A DNA stretch of 64,000 bases from an uncultured delta proteobacterium (GCA_963704165.1 CAVPHD010000003.1:320001-384000); one strand, 5' to 3'; counted from the stretch's first letter, positions 39,148-50,210 are shown. Notes: generated by a model not told the origin, from the letters alone. A program made the numbers and translations.

Positions 39148-41520
39148 TCAGAGCGGGAACTCGCAGCGGTTCGCGACGCAGGTGAAGCCGGGCGGATAGC
39201 CCAGCGTCGCGCAGTTCTGCTGCGTGGTGCACTCGATCACGCAGATCGAGTCGCGGCACACGCGCCCCTGCTGGTAGCAGGCCTCCGCCTCGGGCTCCGA
39301 GCAGAAGCTGTCGTAGCAGCGCGCGCCCCCGATCGCGTCGTGGTAGCAGTACGCCTCGGAATCGTTGAACAGACGCTCACAGTCTGCGAGACAGACCCAG
39401 CTCGGGATCGGAGTCACGTAGCAGTGACCGGTTCCACCCCCGCCGAACGTGTCGTCGCCGTAGCACTCACCCTTGTCGCAGGGCCGCCCACCGTCGCACT
39501 CGCAGCCGGGTCCGCGGAACTCGTCGCAGTCGATGCACACACCGACCGTGCTGCTGGCGTTGAACTTGGTCTTGGCGCAGGAGAGCATGCTGTCGTCGTC
39601 GGGACAGTACGTGTCGATCAGGTAGTCGCCGTCGGGATCGGAACCCTCTCCGAATCCGGTCGTGTCCGCGCACTGACAGCCCTCGAGACCCGGCTGTCCG
39701 CAGTTCGGTGGTTGCGGCGTGGGCTGCGCCGGCGCGGGCCAGCTCCACATGATCCGCCTGTGCACGAGATCGCCGATCGTCGTGACGAAGTAGGCCCACG
39801 TGTCGTTGTTGCCGAACGCCTTCTCGCGGTGCTTGCAGTTCCCCTGCTGCAGATTCAGGTACGTCGCGAGCTCGTCGACGTTCGTCCGGCCGTAGAACTT
39901 CTTGGTCTCGGGGGTCGAGACGCAGGCGTTTCCGTGTGCGTGGAAGTGCGTGTCCGCGATCCCGCGATACAGGTTCGCGCCGTCCTTCGTGAAGTCGACG
40001 GAGCGATGGTGCATCAGCTCGTGGCTCACCGTGTGCGCTCGGGGCCAGTAGGTCAGCGGATTTCCATCGCCGTCCTCGAGCGCAAAGAACGGATCGCAGA
40101 GCGCGACGTCGCTCTTGACGATGTTGTGAGCGCTGGCGGCGGAGGTGAAGCAGACGTTGCCGGGGTCGGAGCCCTGGTCCGGGCAGTAGAGATCGATCGT
40201 CAGGCCGTTCGATTCGAGCGTCGTCATCATGTCCCAGAGCTTCCCCATGCCGTCCCGAATCGCCTCGAAGCGGTAGTCGGCGTAGTGGCCGAACCAGTAC
40301 TCGGGACTCGATTGCTCCGTGGTCGCGAGTCCGTTCTGCTTCAGGCCGGGTTGGCCCCAGATGAAGCTCCGGTAGTAGCTGTCCTGACTGGCGGCGTATT
40401 CGATCATCTGCCGCGCGCGCCAGGCGTTGTTGTGCGCGGAGAGCCAGCCGGTCAGGGCCAGCACGCAGCGAGCGGCGCTGCAGTCGGAGATCTCGGGGAA
40501 GTGGACCGCGGGCATTCCCGCCGCGATCGGGTGCGACTTGGTGTATTCGACGAACGCGATCTCGTCGCACGTCGTCGGTAGGTAGCCGAGCCCCATCCCG
40601 CCCTGCTGATCGAGCGGCGTGCCGCTTGCGGCATCGATCAACGTGACCGTCTCGACGCTGAAGAGCGGCGCGCCCGAGCCCGGGTCCGGAGCGATCTGGA
40701 ACGTCTTCGTCAGCCGCAGATCCTCGAGCGCGGAGGTCGGCGCCTCGAGCGTCACGTCGGGCGGCGGACCCGTCGGTCCCGCGGGCGGCGCATCGGAGGC
40801 CAGGATACGGACGAGGTACGGGCCGAGGAACACGTCCGCCCAGCGGCCCTCCGCCGTCACCACGATCGCGTCGTCGAACGGATGGACGATCTCCGCGTGG
40901 CTCGTCGTCGGCGTGCTCGCGTCGACGAAGTCGAAGCGAGCCCCGGAATTCGCGAGCGTCCCCCCGATCGCGGGCCGACGCGGACCCGGCCCCGGATCCT
41001 GCGCGAAGTCGTCGGTGCCGTAGACCAGCGGATCGTCGGGCGAGTAGCCGGGCGTCGGGGGATCGGGAAAGTGAGTCGTCGGTTCCTCCGCATCGTCCGG
41101 AGGAAGCACGCTCGGAAGCGGCCGCTGCGCGCAGCGCAGATCGCGCTTGGCGAGGTCGGCCGCGAGGTAGCGCCGCAGCGGAGACACGTCGGCCCCGTCG
41201 CAGACCGCGTCATCGGTCACGTCGCAGAGCGGTCCGCAGCTGCCGAGCGCGGCGTTGCAGCGCGCGAGCGTCACCCAGTCGAGCAGCGTGATCCGGCCAT
41301 CGGATTGCGCGTCGCCGCACTCGCAGAGATCTCCGTCGCCGTCCCCGTCGGCGTCCGCCTGCAGCGGGTCGGGAACGCTCGGACAGACGTCGCCGACGTC
41401 CTCGATCCCATCGCCGTCGGCGTCGGGGAAGCCCGCACCCTGCCCCCACGCACCGTGGGCGCCGAGCACGATGCCGGCACAGATCACGCCGACACAGATC
41501 TGTGTGCTGCGGATTCCCAT
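39148..41520 (-). CDS. Secreted Cys-rich zinc metallopeptidase (M35/aspzincin-like) with TSP3-like and dockerin-like N-terminal modules
   Basis: Signal peptide; DADGDG..D.CP...Q.DADGDG.GD.C; HELMH; GIAD; NNDTWAYF; Cys-rich tail. Confidence 0.72.
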   Translation of the reverse strand: MGIRSTQICVGVICAGIVLGAHGAWGQGAGFPDADGDGIEDVGDVCPSVPDPLQADADGDGDGDLCECGDAQSDGRITLLDWVTLARCNAALGSCGPLCDVTDDAVCDGADVSPLRRYLAADLAKRDLRCAQRPLPSVLPPDDAEEPTTHFPDPPTPGYSPDDPLVYGTDDFAQDPGPGPRRPAIGGTLANSGARFDFVDASTPTTSHAEIVHPFDDAIVVTAEGRWADVFLGPYLVRILASDAPPAGPTGPPPDVTLEAPTSALEDLRLTKTFQIAPDPGSGAPLFSVETVTLIDAASGTPLDQQGGMGLGYLPTTCDEIAFVEYTKSHPIAAGMPAVHFPEISDCSAARCVLALTGWLSAHNNAWRARQMIEYAASQDSYYRSFIWGQPGLKQNGLATTEQSSPEYWFGHYADYRFEAIRDGMGKLWDMMTTLESNGLTIDLYCPDQGSDPGNVCFTSAASAHNIVKSDVALCDPFFALEDGDGNPLTYWPRAHTVSHELMHHRSVDFTKDGANLYRGIADTHFHAHGNACVSTPETKKFYGRTNVDELATYLNLQQGNCKHREKAFGNNDTWAYFVTTIGDLVHRRIMWSWPAPAQPTPQPPNCGQPGLEGCQCADTTGFGEGSDPDGDYLIDTYCPDDDSMLSCAKTKFNASSTVGVCIDCDEFRGPGCECDGGRPCDKGECYGDDTFGGGGTGHCYVTPIPSWVCLADCERLFNDSEAYCYHDAIGGARCYDSFCSEPEAEACYQQGRVCRDSICVIECTTQQNCATLGYPPGFTCVANRCEFPL

Positions 41521-41625
41521 GCTCGAGCCGTCCCTGCGATCTTCACCCTAACAAGAATGACGTGCGATGGGGGCAAAAAATGACGGGGTCGCTCGAGTTC
41601 TCCCGTCGGATCGGAATCTCTGGCG

Positions 41626-42447
41626 TCAATCCGAAAAATACTTCGAGAGGATCGCGCTGCATCGCTCGCGGATTTTCGCCTCCAGATAGTCCGGATCGAT
41701 CTGCGAGAGCAGGTCGAATTTCTCGGCAGCGGCATACACGTGCGGGGCCCGGGCGGGCAGCCGAGTCGCATCGATGTCGCAGAAGCGGGCGAGCGTCGAT
41801 GATTGATCGGCCAGATGCTCGGTGCGCAGCAGCAACAACCGCTCGGGCGGCACGTGACCGACGACGTTCTCGATCCGCTCGGCCCAGCTGTGGATGTAGT
41901 TCTGGAGCGGGTACAGGCCGCGATCCTGCAGACGGCGTTCGGCCTCCGGGTGTTCCCGATGCGGCGCGCCGTAGATCGCGGCCCGGAGGGCCGTCCATTG
42001 CGGGTTGGCGCGCCGCCCCAGGCTCTGGTTGAAGACGGAATCGAGCCAGCTGCGGATTTCGCGCAGCGTCAGGATGAACCTCGCCTCCGGGAACAGCGTC
42101 GGCAGCAGGTGAACGAATCGGCCGTGCAGGTGCGAGATGTCGGCTTCGAGCCAGAGTTGTTTGTCGCGTGCCTCGTACCAGTCCGCCACGGCGGCATCCG
42201 AGGCTCGGCCCTGCAGGCTCGCGAGGACGATGCCGATGTGGCGATCGGCATCGTACTCGTGAGCGGCGCGGTGGCGGTGCTCGAACATTGCCGCGAGCGA
42301 GTGCGTCCCGGTCTTCTGTCCGCCGACGCCGAACACCTGAAAACGCCGCGGTCGCCAATGACGGAAACCGGGAATCAACGGCAGCACGTGCAAGTTGTCT
42401 CGCTTGCGAGCCATGTACGGGCACTCACCCCAAGAACGTTCGTTCAA
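41626..42447 (-). CDS. Sulfotransferase family protein
   Basis: VFGVGGQKTGTHSL (5'-PSB loop) and FILTLREIRSWLDS (3'-PB motif). Confidence 0.85.
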   Translation of the reverse strand: MNERSWGECPYMARKRDNLHVLPLIPGFRHWRPRRFQVFGVGGQKTGTHSLAAMFEHRHRAAHEYDADRHIGIVLASLQGRASDAAVADWYEARDKQLWLEADISHLHGRFVHLLPTLFPEARFILTLREIRSWLDSVFNQSLGRRANPQWTALRAAIYGAPHREHPEAERRLQDRGLYPLQNYIHSWAERIENVVGHVPPERLLLLRTEHLADQSSTLARFCDIDATRLPARAPHVYAAAEKFDLLSQIDPDYLEAKIRERCSAILSKYFSD

Positions 42448-42497
42448 TGTACGCTCGAAAGTACTGCAGCGCGACGAGCGCAGCGCGGGAGAGAGAA

Positions 42498-43586
42498 GTG
42501 ACGAGCGAGCGGATCCGGATCGGCGTGATCGGCTGCGGCCGGATCTCCGACCTTCAGTGTCTCGGATACCTCGAGCACCCGAGCGCCGAGATCACCGCGG
42601 TGTGTGACGTCGACCTCGCGCTCGCGGAGCGGCGCGCGCGCGAGTGGGGCGCGCGCCGCGCCTACGCGAACGTCGACGAACTCCTGGCCGATCCCGACGT
42701 CGACGCGGTGGAGATCCTGACCCCGCACCACCTGCACGCCGCGCAGGCGATCGCCGCGCTCGAGGCCGGCAAGCACGTCTCGCTGCAGAAGCCGCCCGTG
42801 CTCTCGCTCGCGGAATGGGACGACGTCTGCACCGCCGCGAGGCGCGCGGGTCGCACGCTGCGCGTCTTCGAGAACTTCATGTACTACCCGCCGAACGTGA
42901 AGGCGAAGGAGCTGATCGCGCAGGGCGCGATCGGCGAGCCGCTCTCGGTGCGCCTCAAGACCGCCGCCGGACACCCGTCCTCGGGCTGGACGGTGGAGCC
43001 GTCGTCGCAGGCCTGGCGCATGGATCCGAGCCGCTGCGGGGGCGGCCCCACCACCTTCGACCACGGCTACCACTGCTACAACATGGGCCGATTCTTCATC
43101 CCCGCGGAGATCGAACGCGTGCACGCGTTCATCCACTGGTTCCGCGTCGGCGACGGCGGTTGGTACGACGGCCCCGCGCTGATCTCGTGGAAGTACGCGG
43201 GCGACATGCCGCGCTACGGCTCGTGGGAGGTGATCGGGTCGCTCGGCATGAAAGTGCGGTCCAAGTACTACGTGAGCGACGACCGCATCGAGATCCACGG
43301 CACGCGCGGGATCATCTGGGTGAATCGCTGCACCGGGCAGCTGCTCGACGAGCCCGCCGTGGTGCTGTACGCCGACGGCGAGACGCGCGCGTTTCACGCT
43401 CTCGACGTGGACTGGGCCGACTCGTTTCGTCTGGGCACGCGGGACTTCGTCGATGCGCTCCGCGAAGGACGCGAGCCGCCGCAGAACGCCGAAGCCGCGC
43501 GTCAGACCCTCGCATTCGCGCTCGCGGCCGGACGTTCCGCCGCCGAGCACCGCGAGGTGACGCTCGCGGAGGTGCTCGGCGGCTGA
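42498..43586 (+). CDS. Gfo/Idh/MocA oxidoreductase
   Basis: IGVIGCGRI, DAVEILTP..LH, GKHVSLQKP and GGG..FDHGYH. GTG start. Confidence 0.9.
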   Translation: MTSERIRIGVIGCGRISDLQCLGYLEHPSAEITAVCDVDLALAERRAREWGARRAYANVDELLADPDVDAVEILTPHHLHAAQAIAALEAGKHVSLQKPPVLSLAEWDDVCTAARRAGRTLRVFENFMYYPPNVKAKELIAQGAIGEPLSVRLKTAAGHPSSGWTVEPSSQAWRMDPSRCGGGPTTFDHGYHCYNMGRFFIPAEIERVHAFIHWFRVGDGGWYDGPALISWKYAGDMPRYGSWEVIGSLGMKVRSKYYVSDDRIEIHGTRGIIWVNRCTGQLLDEPAVVLYADGETRAFHALDVDWADSFRLGTRDFVDALREGREPPQNAEAARQTLAFALAAGRSAAEHREVTLAEVLGG

Positions 43587-43644
43587 ACCTGCGCCGCTCG
43601 CTCACGGCGCGATATGCTGCGCTCGCGCAACGCGAGGGGAGCCG

Positions 43645-44454
43645 ATGAGCGAGCCGCGGATCGAGGAGTCGGACTGGAAGAACCTGCGTTTCGAGCGCGT
43701 CGGCGACGTGCTGCGCGTCGTGATCGCGCACCCTTCGAACCCGATGAACGTGGTCGACGCCGGGATGCACGAAGAGCTCGCACGGCTCTTCCGCGAGCTG
43801 AAGCGCGAGCGCGATGCGCGCGCGATCCTGATCACAGGAAGCGGAAAGACCTTCAGTGCGGGCGGCGACTTCAACTGGTTCCCGACGCTGCAGGACCCCG
43901 AGAAGCTCAACGAGCTGCGGCGCGACGCGAAGCAGCTGATCTGGGATCTGCTCGACGTCGAGCTGCCGATCGTCGCCGCCGTCAACGGTCCGGCCGTCGG
44001 GCTCGGCGCTTCGATCGCGCTGCTCTGCGACGTGATCTTCATGGCCGACACCGCGCTGATCGCCGATCCGCACGTGCGCGTCGGCGTCGTCGCGGGCGAC
44101 GGTGGCGCCGCGATCTGGCCGCTCCTGCTCGGACCCGCACGCGCGAAGCAGTACCTGCTGACGGGTGATGCCCTGAAGGCGAACGAGGCGGAGCGCGTCG
44201 GGCTGGTCAACCGCGTCGTGGCCGCGGCGGATCTCGAGCGCGAGTCGCTGGCCTTCGCGGCGCGGCTCGCCGCGGGAGCGCCGCTCGCGTTGCAGTTCAC
44301 CAAGCAGGCGGTGAACAAGCTGGTCAAGGACGCACTCAACACCGCGTTCGACACCTCGCTCGCGCTCGAGCTGGTCACGTTCCGCAGCGAGGATCACCAG
44401 GAAGCGCTCGCCGCGCTGCGCGAGAAGCGCGCCCCGATCTTCAAGGGCCGCTAG
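43645..44454 (+). CDS. Enoyl-CoA hydratase/isomerase family protein
   Basis: FSAGGD, PIVAAVNGPAVGLG, DPHVRVGVVAGDGG and P.FKGR. Confidence 0.93.
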   Translation: MSEPRIEESDWKNLRFERVGDVLRVVIAHPSNPMNVVDAGMHEELARLFRELKRERDARAILITGSGKTFSAGGDFNWFPTLQDPEKLNELRRDAKQLIWDLLDVELPIVAAVNGPAVGLGASIALLCDVIFMADTALIADPHVRVGVVAGDGGAAIWPLLLGPARAKQYLLTGDALKANEAERVGLVNRVVAAADLERESLAFAARLAAGAPLALQFTKQAVNKLVKDALNTAFDTSLALELVTFRSEDHQEALAALREKRAPIFKGR

Positions 44455-44470
44455 AAACGAGGAGGCTCGC

Positions 44471-45130
44471 ATGGATCTGTACGAAGCGATGTCGACGATG
44501 CGGGCGGTGCGGCGACTGAAGCCCGATCCGGTTCCGCCGAGCGTGATCGAGCGGATCCTGCAAGCCGCTTCGTGGGCGCCGACCGGTGGCAACGTGCAGC
44601 CTTGGCGCGTGGTGGTGGTGCGCGAACGCGCGACGAAGGAGAAGCTCGGGGCGCTCTACGACGCGCGCTGGAAGGCCTACGCCGCCGGGCACCGCAAGCT
44701 GCTCGCGAATGCGCCGGCCGAGCTCCGGGCGAAGACCGAGCGCATGATCGCCTCGGGGGATCATCTCGGCCTGCACTTCGCCGACACGCCGCTCGTCGCG
44801 ATCTTCTGCTTCAACCCCGAGCTGATGGCGATCACCGACGCAAAGCAGCCCCGCGTCTCCGTGGTCGGCGGCGCATCGGTCTACACCGCGGTCGAGAACT
44901 TCCTGCTCGCGTGCCGCGCCGAGGGACTCGGCTGCGTGCTCACCACGTTGCTCTGCGAGGTCGAGCCGGAGGTGCGCGAGCTGCTTGCGATTCCGCAGCC
45001 TTGGGCGACCGCCGCGGCGATCCCGGTGGGCTGGCCCGCGCGAGCCGGCCATGGCCCGATCTCGCGCCGCCCCGTCGACAAGCTCGCGTTCGCGGATCGC
45101 TGGGGCACGGCCTGGACCTCGAAAGGCTAG
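44471..45130 (+). CDS. Nitroreductase family protein
   Basis: RAVRRLKPDPVP, APTGGNVQPW and ENFLLACRAEGLG. Confidence 0.9.
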   Translation: MDLYEAMSTMRAVRRLKPDPVPPSVIERILQAASWAPTGGNVQPWRVVVVRERATKEKLGALYDARWKAYAAGHRKLLANAPAELRAKTERMIASGDHLGLHFADTPLVAIFCFNPELMAITDAKQPRVSVVGGASVYTAVENFLLACRAEGLGCVLTTLLCEVEPEVRELLAIPQPWATAAAIPVGWPARAGHGPISRRPVDKLAFADRWGTAWTSKG

Positions 45131-45142
45131 GACGAGCGCGAC

Positions 45143-46318
45143 ATGCCAAGTCACTTTGCCGACGAGCCGGAGCACATCGGTCTGCTGCGCGAGACGATCC
45201 GCCGCTTCGTCGAAGCCGAGATGCCGGCCGAGAAGCGGCAGCTCTGGGATCGCGAGCACCGCTTCCCGCGCGAGCTCTTCGCAAAGCTCGCGGGCCTCGG
45301 CGTCTGCGGCCTGACGATCGACGAGGCGTACGGCGGTGCCGGCGTCGATCTCGTCGCCGCGGTCGCCGTGATCGAGGAGCTCTGCCGCGGCGGCACCGCC
45401 GCAGCCGGGCCGTTCGTCCATTGCGCGTTCTACGGCGGCATGAACATCAGCGAGAACGGAAGCGAGCAACAGAAACGCGCGCTGCTGCCGAAGCTCGCGC
45501 GCGGCGAGCTGCTCTTCGCGTACGGACTCACCGAGCCCGACGTCGGCGGCGATCTCGCGAGCGTGCGCACCACCGCGCGCGTCTCCGGCGACGGAGAACG
45601 CCTCGTGCTGAACGGCGCGAAGCGCTGGTGCACGGGCGCCGAGTTCGCGGACTTCATCTACTGCCTCGTGCGCACCGGCCCGGAGGACGCGCGCTACCAG
45701 AACCTGTCGCTCGTGCTCGTCGACCCCAAGGGGCCGGGCGTCACGATCTCGCCGATCGAGCACATGAACCTGCGCTACACGCTCTCGTCCGACGTCCGCT
45801 TCGACGACGCACCGGTGCCGATCGCGAACGTCGTCGGTGGCCCGGGCGCGATCGGCCGCGGCTGGAAGATGCTGGTCGGACGCGCGCTCGACGTCGAGAA
45901 GCTCGAGATCAGCGCGATCACGTTCGGCATCGCGCAGGCCGCCGTCGAAGAGGCGTGGGCGTACGCGCAGCAGCGCGTGCAATTCGGCAAGCCGATCGCC
46001 GCGCACCAGGCCGTTCGCCACAAGCTCGTCGAGGTGCGCACCCAGCTCGAGGCCTGCCGGCACATGCTCTACCACGCTGCCTGGCTCGCCCAGCAAGGAC
46101 GGCCGTGCAGCGTCGAGACGTCGATGGCGAAGCTCTTCGTCGCCGACACGGGCGTACAGATCGCCCTCGCGTGCCAGCGCGTGATGGGCGCCTACGGGCT
46201 CTCCGAGGGCCACGACATGGAGCGCAACGTTCGCGATCTGCTCGGGATGCCGATCGTCGGCGGATCGTCCGACATGCAGAAGAACAACCTGGGTCGACGG
46301 TGGGGCCTTCCCGACTGA
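45143..46318 (+). CDS. Acyl-CoA dehydrogenase
   Basis: YGLTEPDVGGDL, NGAKRW, RVQFGKPI..HQ, MGAYG and IVGGSSDMQ. Confidence 0.93.
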   Translation: MPSHFADEPEHIGLLRETIRRFVEAEMPAEKRQLWDREHRFPRELFAKLAGLGVCGLTIDEAYGGAGVDLVAAVAVIEELCRGGTAAAGPFVHCAFYGGMNISENGSEQQKRALLPKLARGELLFAYGLTEPDVGGDLASVRTTARVSGDGERLVLNGAKRWCTGAEFADFIYCLVRTGPEDARYQNLSLVLVDPKGPGVTISPIEHMNLRYTLSSDVRFDDAPVPIANVVGGPGAIGRGWKMLVGRALDVEKLEISAITFGIAQAAVEEAWAYAQQRVQFGKPIAAHQAVRHKLVEVRTQLEACRHMLYHAAWLAQQGRPCSVETSMAKLFVADTGVQIALACQRVMGAYGLSEGHDMERNVRDLLGMPIVGGSSDMQKNNLGRRWGLPD

Positions 46319-46341
46319 AGGCCCCACCGGGCGCTGCTCGA

Positions 46342-48178
46342 CTAGGCGAGTTCCAGACCCTTCAGCCCACCGTCGGCGCGCCAATCTTCCCAGAGCTTGA
46401 TGAATGCGACCGAGCCCGCACCGTAGAAGCCGTCCTGCGCGCTCCGCTCGGTGGGCTTCCCCTCGTTGTTGTAGTAGCCCGGCGTGCAGTTCATCAGGAA
46501 GTCACTGCCCATGCGCGAGAGGCCGATGATCGTCTGGATCCACTGGTTCTCCGCCTCTTCGGACGCCTCGATCGTGCGAACCTTGTTCTCTTCGCCCTTC
46601 TGGATCAGATACGCGATGTGCTTGGCCTGCTCGTTCAGCATGTGCGGATAGCTGGGCGTGAACCCCGATTGCGCGTTGCTCATGATGAAGCAGTTCGGGA
46701 AGCCGCGGACGTGCATGCCGTGGAATGAACGAACCCCGTTGGCCCACTTCTCGGACAGGTGCTGCCCGCCACGTCCGACGATGTCGTACCCGGCACGCCG
46801 CGTATACGATGTTCCGACCTCGAAGCCACTGGCGTAGATCAGGCAGTCGACTTCGTACTCCTTCCCGTCGACGACGACGCCCTTCTCCGTGATGCGATCC
46901 ACGCCCTGCCCCTTCGTATCGACGAGCGTGACGTTGGGACGGTTGAACGTCTCGAGATACTCGTTGTGGATGCAAGGACGTTTGCAGAACTGGCGGTAGT
47001 ACGGCTTCAGCGCGTCCGCGGTCGCCTCGTCCTTCACGATCGCGTCCACGCGCGCGCGGATCTGCTCCATCTTCTCGAAGTCCGCGAGCTCCATCTTCTT
47101 GACGAGTGACTCCGTCGAGACGTCGGGGCTCTGCTCGCTGCCGGACGCTGACGAGAAGCTTGCGGATGATGTCGGTCCAGCCGTCGTTCACCAGGTCCTC
47201 TTCCTGATATCCGCCGGAGACGAGGATGTTGAAGTTGTCCATGCGGTGCTGGTGCCAGCCGGGCTTCGAGGCTCTTCACCCATTCCGGGTCGGTCGGGGT
47301 GTTGTGCTTGACGTCCACCGACGACGGAGTCCGCTGGAACACGTACAGGTGCTCCGCGGCTTCGCCGACGTGCGGCACGACCTGCACGGCCGTCGCGCCG
47401 GTGCCGATGATGCCGACGCGCTTGCCGCGCAGGCCCGTCAGGTTCCCGCTCGGAGTCTCCGCCGCGTGTACGCGAAGTCCCAGCGGCAGGCGTGAAAGGC
47501 GTGCCCCTTGAAGTCGTCGATGCCCGGGAAGGCCCGGGCAGCTTCGGCCGGTTCAGCGGCCCGAGCGCCATCGCCACGTAGTGCGCCTTCATGCGATCGC
47601 CGCGGTCGGTCGAGATGATCCAGCGCGCGGCGGCGCTCGTCGTAGCGCAGCTCCGTGACGTTGGTCTGGAAGCAGACGTCCCGGTACAGGTCGTACTTCC
47701 GCGCGATGCGCTGGCTGTGCTCGAGGATCTCGGCGCCGGTCGCGTACTTCTGCGTCGGCATGTAGCCGGTCTCTTCGAGCAGCGGCAGGTAGATGTACGA
47801 CTCGATGTCGCAGGCGATGCCCGGATACCGGTTCCAGTACCAGGTGCCGCCGAAATCGCCGCAGCTGTCGATGATGCGGATGTCCTGGACGCCGGCCTCG
47901 CGCAGTCGCGCGCCGGTCAGGAGCCCTCCGAAGCCGCCGCCGATCAGGACGACCTCGACCTCGTCGACGAGCGGCTCGCGCGTGAAGCCCGGCTCGACGT
48001 ACGGGTCGTCGAGGAAGTGCGCGTACGCGCCCTTCACCTCCAGATACTGGGCGTTGCCGTCGCTGCGGAGCCTCTTGTCGCGCTCCTCGCGGTACTTGAG
48101 CCGCAGCGCCTCCGCGTTGAAGTCGTGCGCGACCTGCTCCGGGATGACTCGCGTCGGATCGCTGCTCTCGGTCGTCAT
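46342..48178 (-). CDS. Baeyer-Villiger monooxygenase; several frameshifts clustered at about 47260-47640
   Basis: GGGFGG, GGTWYWNRYPG, FKGHAFHACRWD fingerprint, IIGTGATAVQ, VFQRTP and DCLIYASGF. Confidence 0.9.
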
Positions 48179-48344
48179 GGGCCCCCTCCGGCTGGATTCT
48201 CGATCAGACTCCCGGTCAAGAAAATCACCGTCCGAGTCGCTCTCGTATGACGGCGGTCATGTCGCGGACTCCGTGACCGTCGACGAAGCTGGTCGATGGT
48301 CCGGCTCCGCCTGAGTCGGTCTGCCGGGCCGAGGAGGATTCAAC

Positions 48345-49066
48345 ATGGCCGCTCGCAATCGTCTGCACCCGATCGTCGCCAACCGCGCGCTGCGCGCGCT
48401 GCGGGCGAATCCCGACGACACCACGCAGGGAATCGTCGCTATCGCGGCGATGACGGGGAACTCGAACCAGCGTCTCTTCACGCGCTTCAAGAAGTCGCCG
48501 AAGGGCGCGCAGAATCCTGCGCGAGAAGCGCGACCTCTACGGCGTGCTGTGCGACCGGGAGCGGATGCTGGCGATGCCTAAGGGCTCGCTCGGCCGCACG
48601 CTCGTCGAGTGGTTCATCCGCGAGAACATCAGCACGCGAAGGCCTGGCCGGAGCGAGCGAGGCCGCGGCGAAGCAGTTCGGCGGCCGGCCCGATCTCGGC
48701 GAAGAGGCGCGGATCTTCGGGAACCTCGTGCGCAACCTGCACGACGTCTTCCACGTCGTCGCCGGCTACGACCGCGACGTGCGCGGCGAGGTGGCCGTGC
48801 TCGCGTTCACGGCCGCGCAGACGGGCAACACCGGAATCGCGTACCTGGTCCTGCGGTCGATGCTCCGCTCCGGCTGGTTCTCCGAGACCGGCCGGATGAT
48901 CCGGCAGGGTTACCGGCGCGGCCGAAACGCGAAGTGGCTGCTCGACCAGGACTGGGAGGCGCTCCTCGAGCAGCCGATCGACCGGGTTCGCGAGCAGCTC
49001 GGCGTCGGCGAGCCCCCGGTCTACGAGCAGCTCCGCTCGGCCGGCGCGCCCGCACTGAGCGCCTGA
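48345..49066 (+). CDS. Coq4-like protein; frameshifts near 48512 and 48633
   Basis: LAMPKGSLG and LHDVFHVVAGYDRDVRGE (HDxxH...GE); WEALLEQPIDRVREQLGV. Confidence 0.82.
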
Positions 49067-49256
49067 CCGCGGGCTCGAGCCCCCGACGGGCCACCCGCCC
49101 GCAGGCGCGGACCCTAAACTTTTCTCTGTACCTCTGTATGGCCCCTGCGATAATGTGGGCTTGGCGCCACGAGATACCGTTTGCTTGCACGTGGGCTGCG
49201 CACTACGCGCCCCTACTCGTGGCGATCGAATCGAATGGAGAGGGAGGGGAAGAATC

Positions 49257-50123
49257 ATGCTCGAGACTCGAGCCGAGTTCGAACGGACCACGCGCAAGGT
49301 CGCCACAATTGCCGCCTTGCTTGCAGCCATCACCTTCATCGGAGCGCCCGGCTTGGCGTTTGCCGCCAATCCCTGCGAAGTGACACCGACCGGTGGAACG
49401 GTGGAACTGCCGCCCGAGGGCTGTGAATACCTGAGCCCAGAGGAGGTGCATACGATCATCGCCGGGCTGCCGGCCGGAACGACGATCGTGCTCGCGCCGA
49501 TCCACCGCGACTTCCTCTGTCACGAGGGGGGCGCCGGCGTTCCGCCCGCTCAGTGCAGCGTCGTGGTTCCGCCGGGGTCCTGCGAAGCGCCCGGCGGCGC
49601 GCTGGGTGGCACCGTGGACTGCACGCCGTCCCAGGCCCAGTTTCAGCTGACCGGTACCGGCGAGCTCGCGGGATTCAATCGCGTGCTCTCGATTCCGCTC
49701 GAGATGGAAGTCCACGCCGCACCTCGAACCGTCGGCGCTCCGGTCCAGTCCTTCCCCACCGAGATGATGTCGCTGCAAGGAGAGATCTTCGGTGACCCCG
49801 ACTTCGATCTGCTCAGGATTCGGGCCGGTGGCGTCCACGGCATGCCGAGCCCGGGGCACACGACACTGACGCTGCTGCCGAACGGAAATTTCGCCGTCGA
49901 CAGCTTCTTCGACATCACCTACGAGATCGAGATGGTCGGTGCGCCGGGAGGCCCGCTGGCGGGCATGGCGGGCACGACGACCGGGACGCTGAAGATGGCG
50001 ACCGGCCTCTCGTCCGCGGTTCCCACCGTCCCCAAGCCCGGACTCGGGGTCGTCGGCCTGATTCTGCTCGCCGTCGGAGCGATGTTCATCCCGCGGCTTC
50101 GAAGGAAAATGGCCTCGACGTAG
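49257..50123 (+). CDS. Secreted/surface Cys-containing beta-rich protein with C-terminal IPTL/PEP-CTERM-like sorting tail (paralog 1)
   Basis: Signal peptide, six Cys and VDSFFDITY. Tail AVPTVPKPGLGVVGLILLAVGAMFIPRLRRK has the motif + TM + basic layout. Confidence 0.72.
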   Translation: MLETRAEFERTTRKVATIAALLAAITFIGAPGLAFAANPCEVTPTGGTVELPPEGCEYLSPEEVHTIIAGLPAGTTIVLAPIHRDFLCHEGGAGVPPAQCSVVVPPGSCEAPGGALGGTVDCTPSQAQFQLTGTGELAGFNRVLSIPLEMEVHAAPRTVGAPVQSFPTEMMSLQGEIFGDPDFDLLRIRAGGVHGMPSPGHTTLTLLPNGNFAVDSFFDITYEIEMVGAPGGPLAGMAGTTTGTLKMATGLSSAVPTVPKPGLGVVGLILLAVGAMFIPRLRRKMAST

Positions 50124-50135
50124 GTTTCAGGATCC

Positions 50136-50161
50136 TCTCCCCGGGCGATCGCCCGGGGAGA
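50136..50161. terminator. Perfect 26-bp palindrome just downstream of paralog 1 (hairpin/terminator-like)
   Basis: TCTCCCCGGGCGATCGCCCGGGGAGA equals its own reverse complement. No clear U-tract follows. Confidence 0.5.
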
Positions 50162-50210
50162 CCGGGTCCACCTCGGGCAACGTGACGCGACACCAGTGGG
50201 AGGAGAGGGC

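Noticed and set aside
41626..49066. Sulfotransferase, Gfo/Idh/MocA, ECH, ACAD, BVMO and Coq4-like genes as enediyne tailoring enzymes
   Set aside because: They look like the generic catabolic genes found throughout the window, have mixed orientation and are separated from E3 by hairpins; nothing in the sequence supports the link.
49150..49200. Possible sigma-54 promoter (TGGC...TTGC) upstream of the paralog pair
   Set aside because: The GG-to-GC spacing is longer than the required -24/-12 geometry.
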